From Candidatus Bathyarchaeia archaeon (GTDB lineage: Archaea; Thermoproteota; Bathyarchaeia; Bathyarchaeales; Bathycorpusculaceae), in contig JBEKKX010000001.1 in assembly GCA_050010515.1 (NCBI GenBank), positions 64,627 through 128,626 on the forward strand: DNA of 64,000 bases, read 5' to 3'. Below are positions 28,119 to 38,950 of this stretch, piece by piece. The translations under genes were made by a program, and so were the position numbers. The notes beneath the pieces are model-generated. The model did not search any database, was not told where the DNA came from, and worked only from the letters and a program-made list of their open reading frames with translations. Position 1 is the stretch's first letter, and the number at the start of each line of letters is the position of its first letter.

Positions 28119-28315
28119 GAGCATGTTTTTTGCTTGTTTGAGGTTGGTGCGAAATATAGAATTAGTCATGGCATTTAAAGACTTTACTTTGCGGGCTGGC
28201 GTGTTGGAGTGTTAGATTTGTTTATTACTGTGAAGGTTCTGAATAGTTTTGGGATTGGGGATAGGTTTATTTCCCCGATAAATATAACAGTGTTATAATA
28301 ACAGGCGAATTAATT

Positions 28316-29269
28316 ATGACAAAAATATACAACAACGTTCTCGAAACCATAGGAGAAACGCCATTAATAAAACTAAACCGGCTAACCCAAGGCACAAGCG
28401 CCACCGTGGTAGCCAAACTTGAATCCAGAAACCCAGGCGGAAGCGTCAAAGACCGCATATGCCTAAGCATGATAGTTGAAGCGGAAAAACAAGGCTTAAC
28501 CAAACCAGGCACCACCATAATCGAACCGACAAGCGGCAACACAGGCATCGGCTTAGCCATGGTAGCAGCCGTAAAAGGCTACAAACTAATACTCACCATG
28601 CCAGAAACCATGAGCATCGAACGCCGCAGCCTACTCAAAGCCTACGGCGCACAACTCGTCCTTACACCAGGACCAGACGGCATGGGAGGAGCCATCAAAA
28701 AAGCTGAAGAACTCGCCAAAAGCACACCCAACAGTTTCGTGCCACAACAATTCAAAAATCTAGCAAACCCAAAGGTTCACAGAGAAACCACTGGACCAGA
28801 AATTTGGACTGCGACAGACGGCAAAGTAGATATCGTGGTCTCAGGAGTCGGAACAGGCGGAACGATAACTGGCATAGCAGAATACATCAAACCGCTTAAA
28901 CCCGAGTTTAAAGCCGTAGCAGTTGAACCAGCAGCTTCGCCAGTCCTTAGCGGCGGCCAGAAAGGACCACACAAAATCCAAGGAATAGGCGCAGGCTTCA
29001 AACCAGACGTGCTGAAACTTGATTTAGTGGATGAAATATTCAAAGTAAAAGATGATGACGCTATACAAACCGCGCGGCAACTTGTCCTAAAAGAGGGCTT
29101 ACTTGTAGGCATATCCTCAGGTGCAGCAACCTTCGCAGCCTTAGAAATAGCTAAACGGCTAGAAAACAAAGGCAAGCTAATAGTCGTTATTCTCCCAGAT
29201 ACAGGCGAACGCTACCTTAGCACAGTATTATTCCAAGAACCGCCAACAAGCACAAACTCTAACGTCTAA
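28316..29269 (+). CDS. cysK: Cysteine synthase A
   Basis: [41 protein letters not shown]. Confidence 0.97.
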   Translation: MTKIYNNVLETIGETPLIKLNRLTQGTSATVVAKLESRNPGGSVKDRICLSMIVEAEKQGLTKPGTTIIEPTSGNTGIGLAMVAAVKGYKLILTMPETMSIERRSLLKAYGAQLVLTPGPDGMGGAIKKAEELAKSTPNSFVPQQFKNLANPKVHRETTGPEIWTATDGKVDIVVSGVGTGGTITGIAEYIKPLKPEFKAVAVEPAASPVLSGGQKGPHKIQGIGAGFKPDVLKLDLVDEIFKVKDDDAIQTARQLVLKEGLLVGISSGAATFAALEIAKRLENKGKLIVVILPDTGERYLSTVLFQEPPTSTNSNV

Positions 29270-29315
29270 GTCGTCGTTTACAAGACGCTTCTCTTATATT
29301 CTCCCTTTATTCATA

Positions 29316-30392
29316 ATGAGAGGAAGTGAAGAAAAAATGACAGCAAAATCTAACCAGCCCCGCCCGAAAGAATACGAAGAATGCACAGATAAAAACTTGG
29401 AAAATGACTGTTGGAACCCAGAGAGAATGTTAGATGTACTCATGCGCAACCATGATAAAGTGGAGCAGAACTGGGTTTTAAAAGGCTTACCAAAATTAGT
29501 AGACGACATCATGGCTAATTACCAAGCCTTCGGCGGCATGGACCACCTTGAAGGACGCGATCTTCCATCAAAAAAAATAGTTATCGAAGTGTTAGAAGAT
29601 TTATTCACAATTCTTTTCCCAGGCTACTTAGGCAAAGAGGAAATCACAAAAGCCAACATAAAATATCATTTAGGCATCACTCTAACTTCAGTTTATACAA
29701 GACTCACAGATGAAGTTGAAAAAAGCCTAAAATATATCTGCAGAAAAGTCAGCGAGTGCCCACAGGACGTATGCCAACAAAGAGCCCGCGTCGTAGTTAA
29801 AGAACTTCTGGAAAAATTGCCTGAAATAAGATCAATGTTAAGCGGAGACATCCAAGCCGCTTACGCAGGAGATCCAGCAGCCATAAGCATAGAAGAAGTC
29901 ATTCTAAGCTACCCATGTGTATTGGCGATAACGACTAACAGGATAGCCCACGAACTTTACCTGAGAGGAATCCCCTTGATTCCGAGAATAATGAGCGAAC
30001 ACGTTCATTCCTTAACCGGTATAGATATTCATCCGGGCGCAAAAATTGGCAAAAACTTCTTCATCGACCATGGAACCGGAGTAGTCATTGGGGAAACCAC
30101 AGAAATAGGCGACAACGTCAAACTTTACCAAGGCGTGACCTTAGGTGCGCTGAGTTTTCCAAAAGACGAGAAAGGAAACATTATCAAAGGAAGAAAGAGA
30201 CACCCGACGGTGGGAAGCAAGGTAGTTATCTATTCAGGCGCAACTCTTCTGGGACCAGATGCAATAATCGGTGATAACGTAGTCATAGGCGGAAATGTCT
30301 GGATAACCTCACCGATTGCCTCAGGAACAACAATAACCATTGCTGCACCAGAACAAAACTATAAAAAAGAAAACCATAAAGAAAAAACTTAA
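29316..30392 (+). CDS. cysE: Serine O-acetyltransferase (long form)
   Basis: GDPAA, GIDIHPGA, FIDHGTGVVIGET, YQGVTLGA, KRHPT. Confidence 0.93.
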   Translation: MRGSEEKMTAKSNQPRPKEYEECTDKNLENDCWNPERMLDVLMRNHDKVEQNWVLKGLPKLVDDIMANYQAFGGMDHLEGRDLPSKKIVIEVLEDLFTILFPGYLGKEEITKANIKYHLGITLTSVYTRLTDEVEKSLKYICRKVSECPQDVCQQRARVVVKELLEKLPEIRSMLSGDIQAAYAGDPAAISIEEVILSYPCVLAITTNRIAHELYLRGIPLIPRIMSEHVHSLTGIDIHPGAKIGKNFFIDHGTGVVIGETTEIGDNVKLYQGVTLGALSFPKDEKGNIIKGRKRHPTVGSKVVIYSGATLLGPDAIIGDNVVIGGNVWITSPIASGTTITIAAPEQNYKKENHKEKT

Positions 30393-30393
30393 A

Positions 30394-30855
30394 CTAGACT
30401 ATGCGGAAGTTTTCCTTCACCGTAGTCAAAACTACATGAGTGTTTGTTCGCTCAATAAACGGCAAAGATAACAATCGCTTAGTGAACTGCCCAAGTTCCT
30501 CTCGACTCTTAAACTTAGCAACAATAATAGCATCCGTCAAGCCTGTCACGTCATAGACACAGCAAACGTTGGATATTTTAGCTATTTCATTTTCAGTTTC
30601 CACAAGCCTGCCCTTAGAAACCGTAATCTCAGTTACAACTGTCAATTGATAACCAAGTTTTTCGTGATCTAGCAGAACAGAATAACCCTTGATGAGACCC
30701 TCATCTTCCATCTTTTTAATTCTAGACAAAACTGTTCCAACTGATACGCCGACGTTCTTGGCTATTTGCCTGCTTGAAAACCTTGCATCCTCTAAAAGGC
30801 TTTTGAGAATTTTTAAATCAGTTTCATTTAAATCCGTAAACATAACCCCCTGCAC
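30394..30855 (-). CDS. Lrp/AsnC family transcriptional regulator
   Basis: DLKILKSLLEDAR HTH, VYDVTG..D RAM domain. Confidence 0.93.
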   Translation of the reverse strand: MQGVMFTDLNETDLKILKSLLEDARFSSRQIAKNVGVSVGTVLSRIKKMEDEGLIKGYSVLLDHEKLGYQLTVVTEITVSKGRLVETENEIAKISNVCCVYDVTGLTDAIIVAKFKSREELGQFTKRLLSLPFIERTNTHVVLTTVKENFRIV

Positions 30856-31064
30856 GTTCTTTCAATTAAACTCGTTTTTTCGAAACATTATTTTAATTAT
30901 TACACGATTATATTAATAAAAGTTTAGTTTACACTATCAACCAAAGGATGCTAAAGTTAAAGGAAAACCATTTTAAGGTTCAAAAACTGCTTTGACTTTG
31001 ACGTGAAACGGATAGCAATCTTAAATTACCAGCAGCTTAAACTCAATAATTTGAGCCACTACAA

Positions 31065-32615
31065 ATGCAAGCAAAATACGACACGATATTGGTACTTGAC
31101 TTTGGGGGGCAATACTGCCATCTTATAGGCAGAAGAATCAGGGAAAACGGCGTTTATTCAGAAATTGTTGCCCACGACATATCACCCGAAGAGGTTAAGG
31201 CTCTAAACGAAAAATTCAATGTTAAAGGCTTAATTCTTTCAGGCGGACCCTCAAGCGTCTACGAACCAAACGCGCCCAAGCTTAACCCCCGCATTTTAGA
31301 AGCGAATTTACCGATTCTAGGCTTATGCTACGGACACCAGCTGTTAGCTCAGTTAGCCAATGGCAAAGTTGAGCCCGCAGCCTGCAAAGAATACGGAACC
31401 GCACAAGTATTCATCGACAAGCCAGTAGGTGTACTGGAAGGCTTAAATGAGAAAGAAAAAGTTTGGATGAGCCACGGCGACACAGTTTTTGCACTGCCAC
31501 AGGAGTTTGAAGTGTTAGCTCACACGGAAAACTGCCCAGTTGCCGCGTTTAGGCATAAGCAAAAACCAATTTACGGTCTACAGTGGCATCCTGAAGTTAT
31601 TCACACCGAAAATGGCATGCTCATGCTCCGCAACTTTATATTTCAAGTATGCAAGTGCCAAGCCAACTGGCAGATGGAAGATCTAATAGGAAAAGTGGTT
31701 GCAGAATTAAAATCGGAGATAGGCGGAAGCAGAGCCATAATAGGCTTAAGCGGAGGCATAGATTCAAGCGTCGCCACCGCACTTGCAGCTAAAGCAGTTG
31801 GCGATAAGTTAACAGCGGTTTTTGTAGATCATGGATTCATGCGGGAAGGCGAACCTGAAGCAATCCGAGAAGCGTTCCAAAAGTTCCCAATTAACTTCAT
31901 AGTAGCTAACGCGCAAGAGCGTTTTATGCAGAAATTAATAGGCGTCGTAGACCCAGAAACGAAGCGGAAAGTAATCGGGGAAGAGTTTATTCGAGTTTTC
32001 GAGGAAATCGCTAATGAATCAGGCGCCGAATACCTAATTCAGGGAACCATTTATCCTGACAGGATTGAATCAGGATTCAGAAAAAATTCTAACAAAATAA
32101 AAAGCCACCACAATGTTGCAGGGCTCCCGGAAAAAATAAAGTTCAAGAAAATTCTGGAACCTCTACGTGATTTATACAAGGATGAGGTGCGTAAAGTAGC
32201 CAGGATGCTTGATTTGCCCAAAGAAATAGTTACAAGGCAACCGTTTCCTGGACCTGGTTTAGCAGTTAGGATAATTGGCGAATTAACTGCTGAAAAAGTT
32301 GGAATCGCCAAGAAAGCAGACAAAATTGTCCGCGAAGAGATTGAGAGCAATGGCTTAGCTGAGAATCTCTGGCAGTACTTTGCCGTATTAACAGACACTA
32401 AGGCGACTGGCGTAAAAGGTGATGCTCGAGCATACGGCTACGTAGTTGCAGTTAGAGCTGCAGAGAGCCGAGAAGCCATGACAGCAAGTTTTGCCAATAT
32501 TCCTTATCCCGTTTTGGAGAAAATCTCTACTAGAATAACAAATGAGATACCGCAGGTTACCCGCGTAGTTTATGATATCACCCATAAACCGCCTGCAACA
32601 ATCGAGTGGGAATGA
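31065..32615 (+). CDS. guaA: GMP synthase (fused GATase and ATP-PPase)
   Basis: LDFGGQY, GLCYGHQ, QWHPEV, SGGIDSS, KPPATIEWE. Confidence 0.97.
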   Translation: MQAKYDTILVLDFGGQYCHLIGRRIRENGVYSEIVAHDISPEEVKALNEKFNVKGLILSGGPSSVYEPNAPKLNPRILEANLPILGLCYGHQLLAQLANGKVEPAACKEYGTAQVFIDKPVGVLEGLNEKEKVWMSHGDTVFALPQEFEVLAHTENCPVAAFRHKQKPIYGLQWHPEVIHTENGMLMLRNFIFQVCKCQANWQMEDLIGKVVAELKSEIGGSRAIIGLSGGIDSSVATALAAKAVGDKLTAVFVDHGFMREGEPEAIREAFQKFPINFIVANAQERFMQKLIGVVDPETKRKVIGEEFIRVFEEIANESGAEYLIQGTIYPDRIESGFRKNSNKIKSHHNVAGLPEKIKFKKILEPLRDLYKDEVRKVARMLDLPKEIVTRQPFPGPGLAVRIIGELTAEKVGIAKKADKIVREEIESNGLAENLWQYFAVLTDTKATGVKGDARAYGYVVAVRAAESREAMTASFANIPYPVLEKISTRITNEIPQVTRVVYDITHKPPATIEWE

Positions 32616-32669
32616 AACAGCTCCCATAAGTGTTTAAATAAAAACAAGTCAATACATTACTTCACACAG

Positions 32670-33734
32670 GTGATGTTGCTGAAGGGGTTAATCTTAGCAG
32701 GTGGCTTCGCAACAAGGCTACGACCATTAAGTTGCTCTAGGCCTAAAACTCTTTTTCCAATAGTTAACAAGCCATTACTTGAATGGATTTTTGAAAGATT
32801 ATCTAACAACGGCGTTGAAGAAGCCATACTGGCAGCTAACGCACTAACACAATTTTATGTTAAACAGCAGCGACCGCATAGACATGGTTTGAAAGTAAAG
32901 TTTTCAATTGACCCGCCGAAAATGCCACTGGGAACCGCAGGACCTGTAAAAAAAGCCGAAAAACTCTTAGGTCATGATGAGCCGTTCATTGTTTTGAACG
33001 GTGACATTTTTGCGGATTTAAGCTACAGAGAACTGCTGGATACACACGTTAAAACGAAGGCTTTAGCAACAATTGCGCTTTGCAAAGTTGAAGACCCATG
33101 CAGGTACGGTGTGGCGGAAATAGTAAATGGCAACTGCATAAAAAGGTTCATTGAAAAGCCCCCAAAAGATAAAGCGCCGAGCAACCTCATAAATGCAGGA
33201 GTCTACGTTCTAAGCCCAAAAGTCTTCGAGTATATTCCCTCAGGAAGAGCAGTTTCCATGGAGCGAGAGGTTTTCCCCAAACTAGCTGAAGAAGGAAAAC
33301 TTTACGGTCATTTAGTTAATGGCTTATGGATGGATATAGGAAAACCAGAAGAGTACTTGGAAACAAACAAAATAATACTTGATTACTTATCTAAAAATTT
33401 CAAACAAGAAGGCGCAAAAAACTTTGAGTTAAAGAATCCTGTTGCCTTCGACAAGGGCGTCTCAATAGCGGAAAAGTCAGTTATCGGTCCATACGCCATT
33501 TTGGGAAAAAATGTTACAGTCGGCAAAAACGCGCAAATAAGTAATTCGGTAATTTTTCCTAATGTTGAAATTGACGATTTTGTGTCGATAGATGGAGCAT
33601 TAATCGGTGAAGGAGCACGAATTGGAAAGCATGTTAAAATTACCAGCGGTTGTATAATCGGCGACCATGCAAAAATCAAAGATAACCTACACCTATCAGA
33701 TGCTACTGTCTGTCCAGCAAAAGAAGTCTCGTGA
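32670..33734 (+). CDS. Sugar-1-phosphate nucleotidyltransferase (mannose-1-P guanylyltransferase-like)
   Basis: LAGGFATRLRPL..PK, NGD, EKP, WMDIG, hexapeptide repeats. Confidence 0.92.
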   Translation: MMLLKGLILAGGFATRLRPLSCSRPKTLFPIVNKPLLEWIFERLSNNGVEEAILAANALTQFYVKQQRPHRHGLKVKFSIDPPKMPLGTAGPVKKAEKLLGHDEPFIVLNGDIFADLSYRELLDTHVKTKALATIALCKVEDPCRYGVAEIVNGNCIKRFIEKPPKDKAPSNLINAGVYVLSPKVFEYIPSGRAVSMEREVFPKLAEEGKLYGHLVNGLWMDIGKPEEYLETNKIILDYLSKNFKQEGAKNFELKNPVAFDKGVSIAEKSVIGPYAILGKNVTVGKNAQISNSVIFPNVEIDDFVSIDGALIGEGARIGKHVKITSGCIIGDHAKIKDNLHLSDATVCPAKEVS

Positions 33735-33777
33735 AAACATTTTAAAACCCAAGACCAACTGTTAAGTAAGCAATGAG

Positions 33778-35154
33778 TTGAAATTTATGAGTGAAAGAAA
33801 ACTTTTTGGAACAAACGGCATCAGAGGCCTAGTCAACGTAGAATTAACGCCTGAAATGGCCATAAAAGTCGGTTGCGCAATCGGAACTTTTTTTGGAAGA
33901 AAAAATTTACTTATTGGATATGATGCTAGAACCAGCGGACCCATGCTTGCTAAAGCAGTGATTTCTGGTTTAACCGCTACTGGATGCCATGTGTTTTTCG
34001 CTGGGATGGCTCCAACGCCCGCGCTGCAATATGCTGTTAAAAACCATAAGATGGATGGCGGCGTCATAATTACTGCTTCACATAATCCGCCTGAATATAA
34101 CGGTATTAAAGTGATTTGGAGCGATGGCATAGAAACTTCACATGAGCAAGAAGTCGAAATAGAGAACATTTACTTTGACAACAAAATAGTATTCGCAGAA
34201 TGGGACAAACTGGGAACGTTGCAGGAACTTCCCGGAATTAACGATGAATACGTCCAAGCCATAAAAAAGCACGTTGACCCCCAAAAAATAGCCGAAAAAC
34301 ACTTTCACGTTATGGTAGACGCGGCTAACAGCGTGGGTGGCCTCACAGCACCGCAATTGTTAAGGGAACTTGGCTGCAAAGTAACCACTATCAACGCTAA
34401 CATTGACGGCACTTTCCCAGGACGATTACCAGAACCGAGACCTGAGAACCTCACTGATTTATCTTCAACTGTTAAAGCAATTGGTGCAGACTTAGGTGTA
34501 GCTTTTGATGGCGATGCTGACCGATCCATTTTCGTTGACGAGAATGGCGTGATTTACTGGGGAGACAAAACCTTTGCAGTAATAATAAAACAGTTCCTAA
34601 TCAAAAATCCAGGAGCAAAAATAGTTACACCTGTAAGCTCCTCTACATTAATCAAAGACACAGTAGAAGCCTACAAAGGAGAGTTAATCTGGACTAAAGT
34701 TGGAAGCGTAACGGTTTCCCAGAAAATGAAAGAGTTAAACGCTAAACTGGGTGGAGAAGAAAACGGCGGAATTTTCTATGGCCCACACCAAGCAGTCCGA
34801 GATGGAGCAATGACAACGGCCCTGATACTTAACATAATGGCTGAAACTGGAGAGAAACTGTCTAAACTCGTGGCTGAGCAACCGCAATACTTTATCGAAA
34901 AAGGAAAAATCGATTGTCCAGACGAGAAAAAAGAAATATTACTGCAAAAATTGTACGCGGAAGTAAAAGGCGAAAATATCAGCACAATTGATGGGGTAAA
35001 AATTTGGTTCAGCGACAACAGCGCCATCCTGATTAGACCAAGCGGAACGGAACCCGTGTTCAGGTTATATGCTGAAGCGAAAAACGAAGAAAAAGCATTA
35101 AAGCTAGTTGAAGACTACAGTTCAAGGCTTAAAAAAATCCTCGAAACCATATAG
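33778..35154 (+). CDS. glmM: Phosphohexomutase (phosphoglucosamine mutase / PMM-PGM)
   Basis: FGTNGIRG, TASHNP, FDGDADR, GEENGG, RPSGTEP. Confidence 0.88.
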   Translation: MKFMSERKLFGTNGIRGLVNVELTPEMAIKVGCAIGTFFGRKNLLIGYDARTSGPMLAKAVISGLTATGCHVFFAGMAPTPALQYAVKNHKMDGGVIITASHNPPEYNGIKVIWSDGIETSHEQEVEIENIYFDNKIVFAEWDKLGTLQELPGINDEYVQAIKKHVDPQKIAEKHFHVMVDAANSVGGLTAPQLLRELGCKVTTINANIDGTFPGRLPEPRPENLTDLSSTVKAIGADLGVAFDGDADRSIFVDENGVIYWGDKTFAVIIKQFLIKNPGAKIVTPVSSSTLIKDTVEAYKGELIWTKVGSVTVSQKMKELNAKLGGEENGGIFYGPHQAVRDGAMTTALILNIMAETGEKLSKLVAEQPQYFIEKGKIDCPDEKKEILLQKLYAEVKGENISTIDGVKIWFSDNSAILIRPSGTEPVFRLYAEAKNEEKALKLVEDYSSRLKKILETI

Positions 35155-35186
35155 CAAACCTATGGTGCTTTGGAGAAACCCAGCTA

Positions 35187-36521
35187 ATGCCCAATGTTCT
35201 AAACCTAAAACCAGACGAAATTGATACAAAAGAACAACGCTCAAAATATCTGGTTAGCGTTGTGGGATGTGGACAAAAAGGAATCCTTTACGCTAACGCC
35301 TTCGCTGATGCCGGCTTTAAAGTTGCATGCTCAGACTCTGACCCGAGCGTGATAAAAAAATTAGCAAAAGGAAAAACGCCCTTCGCGGAACAAGAAATTG
35401 AAGGTAAACTGAAAGGCTTGATCAACGCAGGTCAATTAAGCGTTACCAGCGAACTGAAAAAAGCTGTTTCTCGAAGCGATATAATTATCATAACTGTACC
35501 GGCAAAAGTTGATGATAAGAAAAAAATTGATTACTCAGAAGCATTAAACGCTTGCAAGCAAATTGGATCAGCACTCCATTCGGGCACGCTGGTTATTTAT
35601 GGTGATGTTGCGGGTTTGGGTTTTACTGAAGGAATAATGAAGGAAACATTGGAGAACACATCAGGGCTAAAGGTTGGGCAGGATTTCGGTTTAGCCTACA
35701 TTCCGATCCATAACTTAGGTGCCAAGCCCATTGAGCCGATAGCCAACTTGGAGTTAAATGTTGCTGCAATTGGTAAACCCAGCCAAGATGCGGCTATGAA
35801 CGTTCTAAAAACTATAACAAAAAACGTTAAACAAATAAGCGACGTGAAAACAGCAGAAATAGCGACGCTTTTTAAGGCGGCAAAACAGGAGGCAAACACG
35901 GCGTTAGCAAGTGAGTTGGCGGTTTTCTGTGAAAGCGCAAACATAGATTACTTTGAAGTTTTAAAATTGTTGGAGTTTAATGACCCAAATTTTTGGCCCA
36001 CAACTGTTGAGGAAGAAAACAAAAATGTAGCGTATCTTCTGCTTGAAAGCGCGGAAAACCTGAATGTTAAACTTAGGCTCCCAACGTTGGCTAGGCAAAT
36101 AAACGAAGACATGGTTAAACACGCGGTTAATTTAACGCAAGATGCTCTGCGGAGATGTGGCAAAACGTTGAGAAGAGCAAGGATTGCCGTTTTAGGCACA
36201 GTTAACCCAAGTACTGCTACGGTCGTTTTTGTTAAAATGTTAGAGTTGAAAGGCGCTAAAGCCAGCCTTTATGACCCCGCATCAAAAAGAGATGCACTGG
36301 ATTCAGGAGTGGTAACGACTAGCTTAAATGAGGCAGTGGAAGGCGCAGACTGCATAGTGATACTCACCGGGGAGGAGCAGTTTAAACACTTAAACCTACG
36401 GAAACTTAAACCATTAACGAAGACACCCTCAGTAATCGTAGATTTGGCAGGTGCCTTTGAGCCTCAAAAAGTGGAAACAGAAGGCTTCATATACCTTGGA
36501 TTTGGAAGAGGAAAGGAATAA
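35187..36521 (+). CDS. UDP-sugar (UDP-Glc/GDP-Man/UDP-ManNAc) dehydrogenase-family protein with degenerate active site
   Basis: Family architecture (VVGCG, ITVP, LENTSGL..G.DF.LAY, ARQINEDM, YDP), but no PER or GGHC motif. Confidence 0.8.
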   Translation: MPNVLNLKPDEIDTKEQRSKYLVSVVGCGQKGILYANAFADAGFKVACSDSDPSVIKKLAKGKTPFAEQEIEGKLKGLINAGQLSVTSELKKAVSRSDIIIITVPAKVDDKKKIDYSEALNACKQIGSALHSGTLVIYGDVAGLGFTEGIMKETLENTSGLKVGQDFGLAYIPIHNLGAKPIEPIANLELNVAAIGKPSQDAAMNVLKTITKNVKQISDVKTAEIATLFKAAKQEANTALASELAVFCESANIDYFEVLKLLEFNDPNFWPTTVEEENKNVAYLLLESAENLNVKLRLPTLARQINEDMVKHAVNLTQDALRRCGKTLRRARIAVLGTVNPSTATVVFVKMLELKGAKASLYDPASKRDALDSGVVTTSLNEAVEGADCIVILTGEEQFKHLNLRKLKPLTKTPSVIVDLAGAFEPQKVETEGFIYLGFGRGKE

Positions 36522-36524
36522 AAA

Positions 36525-37475
36525 ATGAAGAAAGTTGGAGTGGCAGTAATCGGTATAGGCTCTTGGGGAAAAAACCATGCAAGAGTCTACAAAGAATTGC
36601 CCTCAACTGAACTAATTGCAATTTGCGATGTAAATGCTGAAAGAGCTAAAACCATGGCTAACCAATACGGCGTAAAAGCCTACACTAACAGCTCTCGAAT
36701 GCTGAAAAACAAAGAAATAGAAGCCGTAAGCGTTTGCACATGGTCAACACACCTTGCAAAGGAAGCACTCAAAGCACTCAGAGCAGGAAAGCATGTTCTG
36801 GTTGAGAAGCCCATGGCCACCAACACAAAGCAAGCGGAAAAGCTTTGTGAAACTGCAGAGCAAAATGATCTTATCTTAACCGTAGGTTTTTTGATGAGGT
36901 TCATTCCTGGATTACAGAGTATCCGTGAGGCGGTTGAGAGCAAAAAAATCGGCGAGTTAGTCTGCGCAAACGCAAAACGCGTTTCCCAATGGCCTGAAAG
37001 AATAGGCGATATCGGAGTAGTTAAAGACACAGCGATACATGACATAGATGTCATGCGTTTCATATCCAAACAGGACCCTATTACCGTTTACGCGAAAATG
37101 GGAAGCATGAGACATCTAAAATTTGAAGACTACGCCCACATAATGCTCACATACAAGAGCGGAGAAAGCGCCTTCATAGAATCCAACTGGCTAACACCTT
37201 ATAAAACGCGAACGTTAACGGTCACGGGAAGCGACGCTATAATGAGACTGGATTACATAACGCAAGATTTATGGGTTGAACAGCAAAAAGAGACGGTGCA
37301 ACCAAGATACCCATTCCAAGAACCACTGAAATGTGAACTTCAACACTTCGCTGAATGCGTGCTTGAAAAGAAAAAGCCACTTATAACAGGAGAGGACGGC
37401 GTAAAAGCCCTAGAAATTGCTCAAGCCGCAGTGCAATCCTCGGCTAAAAACAGAGCGATACAACTAAAAAACTAA
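36525..37475 (+). CDS. Gfo/Idh/MocA oxidoreductase (UDP-GlcNAc 3-dehydrogenase-like)
   Basis: GIGSWG, HVLVEKP, DTAIHDID. Confidence 0.9.
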   Translation: MKKVGVAVIGIGSWGKNHARVYKELPSTELIAICDVNAERAKTMANQYGVKAYTNSSRMLKNKEIEAVSVCTWSTHLAKEALKALRAGKHVLVEKPMATNTKQAEKLCETAEQNDLILTVGFLMRFIPGLQSIREAVESKKIGELVCANAKRVSQWPERIGDIGVVKDTAIHDIDVMRFISKQDPITVYAKMGSMRHLKFEDYAHIMLTYKSGESAFIESNWLTPYKTRTLTVTGSDAIMRLDYITQDLWVEQQKETVQPRYPFQEPLKCELQHFAECVLEKKKPLITGEDGVKALEIAQAAVQSSAKNRAIQLKN

Positions 37476-37480
37476 AAAGT

Positions 37481-37750
37481 TTATTTTAAATTGAAGGGTT
37501 TTCCTTCAGAAACTATTTTTTCAGGAATTTTTTCCTTCCATTTCTTCAAGAAAGGCAGGTCTTCAGATTCCTTTCGTAACTCGTCAGGCAACATTTCTGG
37601 AATTTCATCGCGTATAGGATACCATCGTAAACATTTGGGGCAGACGATTAAGCCTTCCACTATCTCGTCTTTTTCTTCGAAAACGTGAAGTTCAAGGGGA
37701 TGATACTTGTCTATGGGGCAGGCCAAGATTTCCATTAATTTCCGCTTCAT
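37481..37750 (-). CDS. trm112: Trm112 family methyltransferase activator
   Basis: LMEILACP, CPKCLRWYPIRDEIPEML. Confidence 0.9.
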   Translation of the reverse strand: MKRKLMEILACPIDKYHPLELHVFEEKDEIVEGLIVCPKCLRWYPIRDEIPEMLPDELRKESEDLPFLKKWKEKIPEKIVSEGKPFNLK

Positions 37751-37786
37751 TTTTCTTCACGAAATAGATAGTTAACTATTAAGCTA

Positions 37787-38653
37787 TTAAAACTTGCTTG
37801 GCAACGAAGCGACCTGTATATCGAGAGCGGTTTGGTACCAGTTAGGACCCGTGCTTCGAACCACACGAGAAAAAGCAAAAATGTAACCTACGCCGAGGCT
37901 ATCAAGTTTTTGGGCTACCTTCAACTTGGTTTTTTCAACTGGTTTTTCGTTGCCCGCCGCATGTTGGAAATCATAGTAGTGGATCCAACCGCCATGTTTT
38001 TTGAGCGCTGAAACTGCATAGGGCAGGTATTCGAGGGCTTTTTCAGGCAAAGGCATCAAGACACGGTCAGCCTTCCCTTGCAGTTGAGCATTAATAATGT
38101 CTTTTGAGTCGCCAAGCAAAGGAATTACTTTACCGTAAACCCTGTTGATTCTAACGTTCTCCTCCATGTATTGAACTGCGATTGGGTTAACATCAATCGA
38201 GAACACTTTAGTTTTGCTCACGGTTTTAGCGATTACTATGCTAAAGCAGCCGACGCCTGAAAACATGTTAACAACCGTCTCGCCACCCTTAACTAGGCTT
38301 GCGATCCGTAATCTTTCATGCGAAAGCCGGGGTGAAAAATAACATTTTTCAACATCAACCGCAAAGACGCAACCTGATTCTTTATATTTGGTGCTGGTTT
38401 TGTCTTCGCCTGCCAACAATCTTAGTTCCCTAACTCTAAAATCACCCATGATGGGACTAGTTTGGGCAAAAACTGTTTTCACGTTTCTGTGGACAGCCAT
38501 TATTTGGCTTGCTACTTTTTCAGCATTGACGATATTGCCATCTGGCACTTTAATGATTGCTATGTCGCCTATTACGTCGAAAGAATTGTAAATTAGGCTT
38601 AACTCTGCTGAAGAGAAGGCGGCGGAAAGTTTTTTTCGAAGCCTTTTTCTCAA
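37787..38653 (-). CDS. trm5: Trm5/Taw2-family tRNA methyltransferase
   Basis: DVIGDIAI, YFSPRL..ER, MFSGVG, DVNP, DRVLMPLP. Confidence 0.85.
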   Translation of the reverse strand: MRKRLRKKLSAAFSSAELSLIYNSFDVIGDIAIIKVPDGNIVNAEKVASQIMAVHRNVKTVFAQTSPIMGDFRVRELRLLAGEDKTSTKYKESGCVFAVDVEKCYFSPRLSHERLRIASLVKGGETVVNMFSGVGCFSIVIAKTVSKTKVFSIDVNPIAVQYMEENVRINRVYGKVIPLLGDSKDIINAQLQGKADRVLMPLPEKALEYLPYAVSALKKHGGWIHYYDFQHAAGNEKPVEKTKLKVAQKLDSLGVGYIFAFSRVVRSTGPNWYQTALDIQVASLPSKF

Positions 38654-38731
38654 CTTTATATCCTCATTAATAGCAAGGTACTGGAAACATTTAAAAGCAA
38701 AATACTTTTCTTTGTAGGAGAGGCGTTTCTA

Positions 38732-38893
38732 ATGGAAAAGTCAGGAATTGTTTATGAATGCATGAGATGCGGGGCAAGAGTGCCATCCGAAGAATTAGAG
38801 CTGCGTGGCGGAGAGACCAAATGCATCATCTGCGGCTATAGGATTCTGAAAAAAGTTAAACCTCCAGTAGTTAAACGTGTTCAATCAAAATAA
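38732..38893 (+). CDS. rpoP: DNA-directed RNA polymerase subunit P (Rpo12)
   Basis: Below ORF-track cutoff; MEKSGIVYECMRCG...KCIICGYRILKKVKPPVVKRVQSK, GGAGAGG RBS. Confidence 0.92.
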   Translation: MEKSGIVYECMRCGARVPSEELELRGGETKCIICGYRILKKVKPPVVKRVQSK

Positions 38894-38950
38894 GAAAGGA
38901 ATACTCGTACTTTTAGCACAAGTACCTCAGTTTTTAATTTTGGTTTATGT

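Noticed and set aside
27819-28215. ORFs overlapping tRNA-Leu (27819-28169, 27857-28102, 28030-28215) and 27379-27585
   Set aside because: They translate through the tRNA or att repeat; spurious
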